A DNA stretch of 64,000 bases from Schizochytrium sp. TIO01 (lineage: Eukaryota > Protista > Bigyra: Labyrinthulomycetes): positions 1,674,001 to 1,738,000 of the forward strand of contig SMSO01000035.1 in assembly GCA_004764695.1 (NCBI GenBank), read 5' to 3'. Position 1 is the stretch's first letter. Each line of letters opens with the position of its first letter. The notes beneath the pieces were generated by a model. It was not told where the DNA came from and did no database searches. It was given only the letters and a program-made list of their open reading frames with translations. Of this stretch, positions 24,211 through 33,480 are shown piece after piece. The position numbers and the translations under genes were made by a program.

Positions 24211-24570
24211 GGAGGAGTGAGGAAGAAAAGTTGGGGGAAAGGAACGAGGAAGAAAACCGAGAACAAGCCAGGAGCAAGCAGGAAAGGAGCGAAGAGAGTA
24301 GCGGCTGTCGAAAGTTCGTACGCACGTGAACCTCCGACAAGGGAGGTTGAGTTATTCAATTGACTGTATGTGATAAAATATAAATTACTCGATAGGAGGC
24401 TGAGCACTGTTGCTAACCCTACCGTGGTTAGAAACACAAAATTATGTAGCAAGGGAAACCACAAGCCAGATAACAGGCGAAGGACATGGTGCGATAGCAG
24501 ATATGTTAAAAGACGCCAACGAAGCTTGCTCAATTTCGACTGTGTAATCAATGAGAGTCCTTGCCAATTG

Positions 24571-24658
24571 CATTACCCTACATTACCCTACATTACCTTA
24601 CATTACCTTACATTACATTGCATTGAATTGCACTGCAATGCATTGCATTAATTGCATT
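24571..24658. repeat. Compound (CATTA/CATTG)-type pentamer repeat
   Basis: cattaccctacattaccctacattaccttacattaccttacattacattgcattg... Confidence 0.85.
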
Positions 24659-25126
24659 GTGAGGAACTTGTCTACGGTCGGTAAAAAGAAGTCCTTTCTG
24701 AGGTAATCGAAACATACCGACGAAATGAAGTAGTGGTTTAGAGAAGACTTGAACGAGTTGTTTGCCATGTAGAGATGTACTGGGAGTGAATAACTCCGAT
24801 CGGAGAAGAGCGTAGGGTCCCCACACTGATGCAATGAAGAATATCTGGAACAAGCAGAACCCATTATACTAGGCCTGTAAATAGTAGTAATATATATAAT
24901 ACCTCAAGTTGGTTATGTAGAACCTACGTTGGTAGTAGGAGATTGAAGAAGAATCAACTGTGCAGATTACGACAATACGAAGAACGCGAAGAGCGAGGCC
25001 CTAAAGACCTGGGCAACGCAACAAAAGAATTCTGCTGGAATCTGACTCGAGACCTAGAAAAGCACGGAGACTCCTCGAAACAAAGAATAACAGGCGTTGA
25101 AATACGTAAAGACCGATCAAACAGCA

Positions 25127-25618
25127 ATGGAGATCGCCTCGAGACTACTTCGGGAGGCAGGACCGCGACTGCGAGAGCTGGAGGCTGCGGAAGACGCATT
25201 GCTCAAGTCAGAGTATGTATGCACCAGTAACGATCTAGATGAGGCACGAAAACGAAAAGTGCAGGCTGAAGAAAGTGTAATGGCGCTTGCATTAGCTTTG
25301 GATGCGGTGGTTGGACCGGGAATGATGGACAAAGCACTCACTCTGTGCAAAAACCCGGCGCAGGACCGCAATGGACCTCAAGGTGTTCGAAAATTTGTTT
25401 CGCAAGGGTCGAAAAGGGTTTGCTACCATGTTACAGGAGTGCAGGCCGTATATCTTTGCGTAGAAGGGTTTTGTAGCTGCAGAGATTTTGTTTCCAAGGT
25501 CGAGTCCTCTGAAATTCCGTTATGCAAACACCTCATTGCAGCAACGCTGGCGGACTCACTAGGGGTCGCGGAAGAGGTCTCTGTGTTGGATGATGAATTT
25601 CACACCAAGCTTTGCTAG
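25127..25618 (+). CDS. ZSWIM7: SWIM zinc-finger protein, ZSWIM7/SWS1-like (Shu complex)
   Basis: First ATG at 25127. KALTL...YHVTG...YLC...FCSCRDF...LCKHLIA gives the CxC-xn-CxH SWIM motif in a small protein, the ZSWIM7/Sws1 layout. Confidence 0.8.
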   Translation: MEIASRLLREAGPRLRELEAAEDALLKSEYVCTSNDLDEARKRKVQAEESVMALALALDAVVGPGMMDKALTLCKNPAQDRNGPQGVRKFVSQGSKRVCYHVTGVQAVYLCVEGFCSCRDFVSKVESSEIPLCKHLIAATLADSLGVAEEVSVLDDEFHTKLC

Positions 25619-26178
25619 ATGTCTAGAGAATAAGTCGTTTGTACAATAAATGGAACACCAAATCCTGGTTTCTGTTCATCCGCGGAACCGTTGTCTGGAG
25701 ACTCAGGGAGAGGCCCTCTTTTTCAAAGTATTTATTTCTCAAAGATCTTGTATTCTTTTGAGGAGGACAGGCGCAAGAAAAAGAAAGATAAAAAAGAGAT
25801 AGAGTACGAGAACATTCTTACGAGGAACCGTTATATCATTGAGCATCTATCTCTATCCCGTACATTTACATTTTAATCTTCTAGCCGCGTGCACATCTAA
25901 AAATTAGCAGTATTATTAAAGATCCACTGTCATTCTCGTCAAATAAATTTACAAACTTTGACACTTCTTCTTGAAGACATGATTGTTTCTCAGTTCATAG
26001 CCGCAGGATCCTTCGAAGACGGTTTGGATTATTTTGTAGCTTTTGGAATTCTAAAAACGAGTTGTAAGCACTTGACTGAGAATCATATTGTGATATATTG
26101 GTGACCTCGTTTACTTCTAATTTGATTGTGTCAAAATATTGGAGACATTGCCTGTTCACTAAAACATCGCTTCTTAAA

Positions 26179-26226
26179 GTAGAAGTAGAAGTAGAAGTAG
26201 AAGTAGAAGTAGAAGTAGAAGTAGAA
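26179..26226. repeat. (GTAGAA)8 hexamer microsatellite
   Basis: Eight perfect units. Confidence 0.95.
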
Positions 26227-28197
26227 ATTTTAAAACTCCACTCCTATTCAAGAGAGAAAATAATATGCGAAACAACAAAACGCTCTTCACAGAATACAGC
26301 TGGTCAAATGTATTGAAGCTTTGAGGACTGCAAAGCCCAACGTGTATGAGGAATTGGTTGCAAATTTAAAGAGGCCCGGTAGACTAATCGCATAGTACTA
26401 CAATTTTAATTTAATATCAGAATGACGCATGTCTCACATCAATCACACACATTTCTCTACCATACTTCCTTACGCAAAAATCTACCTATGCGAGAAATAA
26501 ATTGAAACGTACTTTTTAAAATTATAGTCTATAATCACTAATAGTGCTGATTGCCGTGCAACCAAGCTTTCTACCTACCAGCAGTGACATCTAAAAGAAA
26601 AGGAACAGGAATCACTGTACCTTTTAGAGATTTGAGTAGCGCACCAGGCTCTTAATCATAACTCCCATCAGATACAGTTCAAAAGGTGCTTTGATTGTGG
26701 GAATGTCGCGATCTTTATCGACTCAAGATGAAAAGCAATCATACTTATGTTGAAACATACACGATAAAGCAAAGAAATTGAAAATCCCGAGACTATTCTG
26801 CATTTGCGCGCTTATTCGTGGATGCTTATCCCACCCACCAAAAAACCACCAGTAGTAGGATCTATGTGCTCTTTGAAAACAAAGATCAGGCTCCTAGGCG
26901 TAGCATAGAATTGTTGATGGTCGCGACTCGGTACCTTCTTCATAAACCTATCCTGAAATATGATACACTGAATTCTGAAAAAGCGCCCCTGAAGGAGCCT
27001 GGTTTGAGCACTACCCTACCGAATTGGCCAGCAATTCAAGCGCTTCATGAATCGATCCCTCCCCCCTAACTCCCCAAAAGGAAAGATTTCAAGCCCTGTC
27101 GAGCAGAGACCTGCTTGAGCTCAAGCTTACAATATAGCACAGGTTTCTATCTCACAAGCTTCCCCAAATATCGAAGCCTCAGGTTTACTGGTTTCCTAAA
27201 ATTCTTCAAGGGTGTGTGCATCCTTGAAAGTTTCGCTATTAATTCCCAATGGGGTGTGCATAAAGTGCATCATCCCCCTCAAGTCGGAGCATGGTCCTTC
27301 TCGTGTTCCAGATAGACAGACCTTCTCCTCAAGTGATGTGATAATCAAGAGCAAGAAAGCAAGCAAGACTGACCTCTGGAAATCCAACCAAGTCATGATC
27401 AGGTACCTCGCTACCCACAGAATCGTTTTTTCAAGAAAGGAGGAACTCGAAAGGAGTAAGCCAAGATGGCGGACTCGACCAATTTTTAATTCTGCGTCAA
27501 CGAGACGTGACCATCACGGCAGACTTTTGTGCATCAGAAATGCACACAACAACTTGTTGAACATATATTTGCGTTGCAACTAAACGCAAAGTGAGACGCG
27601 AACCGTCGCTTGGACCCCTGAGAGGCTTGGAGTGGAACTGGAGCTTGGGCAATCATTGAGAAAGTAAAGCAAGTAGGTACATATATAAGCCAGATTAAGT
27701 AAGTAGGTAGGTCAGAAGAGCTACCTAGATAGCACCAGTTCAGTTCCAAATATGTAGCTACTACATAGGTAGCTAGCTGGGTAGGCCTTGATAGTAGCCA
27801 GCTAGTCAGGCAGGCTCAGGCGGTAGAATCATGCTGATTCCTTGGAATTCGACGATGCACTTACTTTCTGGGAAGTTACTTAATTAGCTGATTAGTTAGT
27901 CATGAGGTTGTGTAGTACATTTCCGATGCTTTATGCTTTTGGTGCGGAAAGGCGCAAGTCTCCAGGCTCCTTAGGAAGGGATTCGCTCAGTATAAACTTG
28001 AAGATGCTTGGTAAAATAACGTCACTGGGTATACACGTGAAACCTAGACAATCCTACTGTTGAGGGAGTACTAGCACTTACCTACCCACGTAGTGAGCCT
28101 GACTTCTATTTGAAATGTATGTTGTAGTAGCAAATCCAGAACAGCAGCCCTGCATAGATCAGAGCTGTGCAGTATTGAAGCAGATTGGGCAATTATC

Positions 28198-29691
28198 ATG
28201 AAGTGCACAAATGCACTAGCGCTAGTTGCACTTCTCGTGCAAACAAGTTTCTTTTTTGAGCCTGTACAGAGTGTAACCACAGATACTGATATTTATCTCT
28301 CATTATTGATTGTAGATGAGTCTACTGCTCAAACAAGGCTAACAACCGAGGGTTGCAATGCAACATCTTTGGTGGAGACCACCCTCGGATTAACGAGCAA
28401 TGCGCTTCAGCTCAAGGTTGCAAAGCTTGTCACAACATTGTCGACGCTCGGAATTGAGGCCTCAGACATCGAACTTAATGTTACAAACAGCGTGCTTGAT
28501 ACTACAAACTTGACCTCTTTGGGAACATTACGCTGGTGCATGTTCACACGAGCCTTGACAACCATTAGTAATCTTAACAGCGCTTCAGTTACGGGCACTG
28601 ACACGGCAAGCTTTGACACAAATCTTTTCAGCTTCTTAACTTCCGATGAGAAGAGCTCTTTCGCGGCCTTTAATCCTATCAACATTAGTTATGTCATTGG
28701 TGAAGTGCAGGGTGGACCTCCTACATCTGCTCCGACATCAGCACCAACTAAATCACCTACAGCAAATGCACCTTCGGGAACCCCAAGCCCTACGCACGCA
28801 CCGACTACAAAAGCTACTACAACTCCACCCCCCTCATTTTCTTGGGTTGGCTCCGCGGTTCCTCAAAAAGTGGAGAACCAAGGTCAATGTGGTGGTTGCT
28901 GGGCCTTTTCTGCTGCAGAAATGATTGGTGCCATGGCGTATATTCAGAATGATGATAAATCTTTCACATTGTCCCCGCAGCAATTGGTATCCTGTGATAC
29001 AGACTCTAATGTAAACTCTGGATGCAACGGTGGTAATTACGAGTATGTTTGGGGCGGCTCGAGTGCCTATTCAAGTGATACCGCCCTTGCACTCGCTTCT
29101 AGTTATCCCTTTACAGATGCAACTACTGGAAGTACTTCCTCATGCAAATCAACCCTCGCAAGTGATGGTGTGACATATGCTAGTGGCAACAAGCGCATGG
29201 CAGATGTCATTACGACGAGCGGTATGTATGCAACAAGCACATTACTTCATGACACCCTGCTATCGCACCCCCTCTCGGTTGCAATTTATGTAACAGATTG
29301 CTTTTATAGCTACAGCAGCGGAGTCCTCATGGCAAGCCAATGCTCAGAGGCTATGCAAGCTTCTTCATGTAGTCTGAACCACGCAGTTCTCTTAGTAGGG
29401 TATGGAGGCATGGACACAGATACGCCATATTTTATCATCAAGAACTCTTGGGGAACATCTTGGGGTGAAAACGGGTATGCTCGTCTTGAGATGATTGACG
29501 ACAGCAATCTGAAAGACTCAAAGTGCCGCGGTATGCTTGGAGTTTCGATGATGGCTGCGTACCCTTCTCAAACCTCATTCGAGCAAATACCACCCACCAA
29601 TGCACCAGCGCCGTCAAATGCTATGTCAAACCCAGCATCACTTTTTCTCGCTTTGGCCTCAAGCTTTATAGCACTAGGCTGCTTTGCTTAA
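28198..29691 (+). CDS. Papain-family (C1A) cysteine protease, secreted, probably GPI-anchored; paralog 1
   Basis: Signal peptide, degenerate I29 prodomain (RWCMFTRALTTISNLN...NLFSFLTSDE), QGQCGGCWAFS, LSPQQLVSCD, GCNGG, NHAVLLVGYG, KNSWGTSWGENGY and a hydrophobic C-terminus. Confidence 0.95.
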   Translation: MKCTNALALVALLVQTSFFFEPVQSVTTDTDIYLSLLIVDESTAQTRLTTEGCNATSLVETTLGLTSNALQLKVAKLVTTLSTLGIEASDIELNVTNSVLDTTNLTSLGTLRWCMFTRALTTISNLNSASVTGTDTASFDTNLFSFLTSDEKSSFAAFNPINISYVIGEVQGGPPTSAPTSAPTKSPTANAPSGTPSPTHAPTTKATTTPPPSFSWVGSAVPQKVENQGQCGGCWAFSAAEMIGAMAYIQNDDKSFTLSPQQLVSCDTDSNVNSGCNGGNYEYVWGGSSAYSSDTALALASSYPFTDATTGSTSSCKSTLASDGVTYASGNKRMADVITTSGMYATSTLLHDTLLSHPLSVAIYVTDCFYSYSSGVLMASQCSEAMQASSCSLNHAVLLVGYGGMDTDTPYFIIKNSWGTSWGENGYARLEMIDDSNLKDSKCRGMLGVSMMAAYPSQTSFEQIPPTNAPAPSNAMSNPASLFLALASSFIALGCFA

Positions 29692-30783
29692 ACTAAACTT
29701 TAGCTCTTATTGTGATTTGCGTTATAATATTGCGGGGAAATCTAAAAGTTTCTCGCGTGTTGCTCATCTTATGCAGCTTATTTATTGGTTTATTGTTTTA
29801 TTGTTTAAACCAAGCTGCCAACTTCGTCTTCACGTCTTGTCCCCCTGGCTGGCTTTTCTATTGTGAAAAACCCTTTCCATCTTCTGGTTCCAATAGGCAG
29901 TCAAATTCTAAGCAACGCAATTCAAAACAGATTTGACTACATTGATGAATATTCTTTACTACATCCTGCACCTACTGTCATGCCAATATTATTAGAACTA
30001 CTCTCTAAAACCATCTTAAGTTGGTTATTTCGTATTCACTACCACTTGGTATGGCTAAAGCGTACAAGGTTGAGTTCATCTATTCATCAAATTTAAGCTA
30101 CACTTTTTTTGTATGTTTTGTTGTTATTACCTAATTAGAAGATTTGGGTTTTCTATCAAGGTTATGTAACATTTCTAATTTTAAAAACCCGCTCGTTTGG
30201 AATTAACTTTTGGAGCTTCAGACACTCCAACTCTGGACCATAACAAGCCTTCAACATGAAGGTGGTCAATTTAGTGGTCATTTTTGACCAAGGTTTAGTT
30301 CAATACCTGATGTAGCTCTTCAAGAGCCGCTGCAGTCCACTAGTGTTGATTGTCCCATTACTATGGAAATTTCTGCTGACTTTCAACTTTTTGTTGCGTG
30401 AGAATTGAGGATTAACGTTTAGCGGTGAAAGCCAGCTGTAAGGTTCTGTGTATCAGATGTTGGAGGGTTTGACCTTTTGGATCCCCCCCCCATGGAAACA
30501 GTACCCGAGACCCTTACAGAGCATTTCCACCTCTACATACCTAGCCCCATTTGATTACAAGTGCATCTGAAGTTACTCTATAAATCCAGGCTTCCTCCCC
30601 GGTACCCCTCACTTGCAGTCATGCAGGGACATATGAGAAAATGAGTGTTCTAGGCATGGGCCAGGATGTGAAAGCATGTATAGAACAGTGTAATAGTAGC
30701 CCTCTTATAATATAAACTGAATGAAGACAGAAAGCAAACCAGAAATCTGCGAGACGAATACTTTGCTTGGCCGCCCTTAAAAC

Positions 30784-32805
30784 ATGTTTCACGCAAGTTT
30801 GATAAGAACAGTGATTGCAATTCTTACTTTAATTGCTGGGCATACATACGCAGTCAAGCCTCAGATACAGAACCAATTTTCTATTTTAAGGAGCTCCTCA
30901 GAGTCTTCCCGGCCAGATCGTCTTGATTCACGTAAATTGGGTGTTGATTCGAGCTTATATTTAGCAATTTTACTTATTGGTGAGGATGAAGCTACTGAAC
31001 TTCTTACAAGCGAAGGCTGTGACAGCTTGCTCGACTTAGTTGGCGGATTACTTGGGGGATTACTCAGTACAATTGATGGGACTCTTGCGCTTCTCATAGA
31101 GACACTCATTTCCCTTGGAGTTGACCCTATTGATTTGGGTTTCGAACTAATCGAAGGCACACTCAACCTAAGTATTATCACCTCTGTGACGAATCTTCGC
31201 TATTGTATGTTTGACCGGTCTCTTGATATTTTAAGTGCATTAGAAGACCTCCCCGCCAGTGGAACCGACACTGCACTATTCGGTCCAAATTTTTTCAGCT
31301 TTCTCACCGACGACGAGAAAGATAGCTTTACGGGCTTGGATTCTTTAGCATCTGATCCAAATGGAACTGAATATATCTCAACTTTTGATAACGCAACACG
31401 CCGGCAGCTTGCAGACCCACCTTCAGAGTTCTCTTGGGTGGGAACTGCTGTAGACACTAATATTCAGAACCAAGGTAAGTGCAGCAGCTGCTGGGCATTT
31501 GCTGCTATTGAAACTATATCAGCTCTTGCATATGTTCAAAATGAAAAAGTCACGTATAGTCTTTCTGCACAACAGCTTCTTTCTTGCGAGACAGAATCGT
31601 CAGTGAACAATGGATGCAAAGGTGGAAGCTATGAGTATGTATGGGGTGGCCCCAATCCCTACACAAGTGAGACTTCCCTTGCTTCCAAATCTACATACCC
31701 TTATGTTGACGGTTCTACGGGAACAACGTCCGTTTGTGACGAGACTCTAGAAAACAAAGGTGTTACGTTTGCTACAACCAATGTACGATTGGCAGACAAG
31801 ACTACAGGAAGTGGTCGATATGCTACGACGAGCCTTTTGAAGGAAGTTTTACTCGAACATCCTGTTGCAGTGGCTATATATGCAACAAACTGTTTGTTCT
31901 TGTATAAAAGTGGAGTTCTAAAAGCATCACAGTGCACCGAAGCAATGGACGGTTCAGCATGCCCGTTAAATCATGCCGTTCTTTTAGCTGGGTATGGAGG
32001 TCTTGACACTGACTCGCCATACTTTCTTCTGAAAAATGCATGGGGTATAGATTGGGGAGATGATGGATTTGTTCGGGTAGAAATGATTGCAGACGAAAGA
32101 TTGGAAGATTCATCATGCATAGGTATGCTCGGGATGTCTACCATGCCTGCATTTCCTTCATTTGCAACATTCACCCGTCCCACCTTATCTCCCACAAAGA
32201 GCCCGACAACAACAAAAACACCTACTCTTGCTTCGAGTCCTGTTAGCTCCCCAAGTACGGCCCCTACCTTTGGAACAAAATCTCCTAGTGCAGAAAGTCT
32301 GCCTGTGATAAACTTGCCTATATCTACTTCGCCATCACCTACACTACTACCATCAATCAGTTCAAATACTCATTCCCCATTGGTTTCTCCTTCCACTGAT
32401 GACGAAACCTCGAATATCCCTTCAGCAACATCAACCGGGGTACCTTCTGGTGACTCAGATGCCTCACCAAGTGTAGCTCCAACAAAACTCAAAGGAACAA
32501 GTTTCCCAACAACATCATTAATTTCGCCAAGTTCTGATTATCCATCAAGGCAGCCAACACGGATCCCAACTCCGCAAGCAGACTCAAGCGAAGCTCGCCC
32601 TGTTGGCACATCTCAACCATCAACAAATGTACCATCCTCAAATCAGTCTTCAAGCCCAACATTAAAACCCTCTTCGAATGCAATCATTGCGCCACCTTCC
32701 ACGCCTTCCTCCGCTTCCCGTAACCCGACGCAGATTAACATGTTATCTATGATCATCATTTACATTTTCTCACTGCGAGCTGGCAAATTTGATCACCAAC
32801 ATTGA
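30784..32805 (+). CDS. Papain-family (C1A) cysteine protease with long S/T/P mucin-like tail; paralog 2
   Basis: Signal peptide, QGKCSSCWAFA, LSAQQLLSCE, GCKGG, NHAVLLAGYG and KNAWGIDWGDDGF. About 180 aa of S/T/P stalk precede a hydrophobic segment near the C-terminus. Colinear with paralog 1. Confidence 0.95.
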   Translation: MFHASLIRTVIAILTLIAGHTYAVKPQIQNQFSILRSSSESSRPDRLDSRKLGVDSSLYLAILLIGEDEATELLTSEGCDSLLDLVGGLLGGLLSTIDGTLALLIETLISLGVDPIDLGFELIEGTLNLSIITSVTNLRYCMFDRSLDILSALEDLPASGTDTALFGPNFFSFLTDDEKDSFTGLDSLASDPNGTEYISTFDNATRRQLADPPSEFSWVGTAVDTNIQNQGKCSSCWAFAAIETISALAYVQNEKVTYSLSAQQLLSCETESSVNNGCKGGSYEYVWGGPNPYTSETSLASKSTYPYVDGSTGTTSVCDETLENKGVTFATTNVRLADKTTGSGRYATTSLLKEVLLEHPVAVAIYATNCLFLYKSGVLKASQCTEAMDGSACPLNHAVLLAGYGGLDTDSPYFLLKNAWGIDWGDDGFVRVEMIADERLEDSSCIGMLGMSTMPAFPSFATFTRPTLSPTKSPTTTKTPTLASSPVSSPSTAPTFGTKSPSAESLPVINLPISTSPSPTLLPSISSNTHSPLVSPSTDDETSNIPSATSTGVPSGDSDASPSVAPTKLKGTSFPTTSLISPSSDYPSRQPTRIPTPQADSSEARPVGTSQPSTNVPSSNQSSSPTLKPSSNAIIAPPSTPSSASRNPTQINMLSMIIIYIFSLRAGKFDHQH

Positions 32806-33480
32806 GGCAGCTAGGGAAATTGCTATTTCTAAAACAAAATGTTCTTGATATTTTCTCTTCATGAAGAGTTATTTCTTTCGTAAAACCTAACATAAAAGCG
32901 AACAAAAATAAATACATTCTCTCTGATTATCAATTTCGCATTTCCCAAAATTCAATTTGCTCAACTTTGTCCTAGTAAAGTACCATTTTGAAGCTACTGC
33001 CGAACTATTATTTTTTAAATTAAATATACAGGGAGTCCCAGTAGTTCTTGTTAGACCTAGATACATAGACTATCGAAAAAACTCTTTTTATTTTTATTAT
33101 TTTCGTAATTTAACATTTAATACAAGTTTTGAAACACTGTTAACGGATTTCCGTTCTGTAAGGGCACTCTGCTTATTGTTTTCGTCTCAGTTTCTGAGAC
33201 CTTGCTATCCCACTTTGACCTAGCTTTCAAGAGCAGGATTCTCAAGCGCTCTAGGCAGTCCAAGGTCGTCTCTTTATGGGCCATGATGGATTCTGATGAG
33301 CGAGCGAACAACTTTGAAGCCTTTGCAGGGAGAAACTGTTCTGCATGGCTTAATCGTGAAGAGCAACGCTGGGACCCACAATGTTCAGGACAGCGAGGTC
33401 AAACTGATCAGGAAACCAACAATCGAAAAGCGTCATGGCCAAGGACTGCGAACACCACCCGTCGATTATATTGGAGACCA

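Noticed and set aside
26098-26316. ORF with VEVEVE run and similar microsatellite ORFs (53059-53450, 57721-58230, 63080-63406)
   Set aside because: Translations of simple repeats, not genes.
26300-28100. Possible transposon or viral relic upstream of the protease pair
   Set aside because: Only short ORFs; no RT, integrase, transposase or capsid motifs, and no terminal repeats seen.
33202-33480. Upstream extension of the giant gene's first ORF
   Set aside because: Non-protein-like sequence; ATG 33481 gives a proper signal peptide followed directly by repeat 1.
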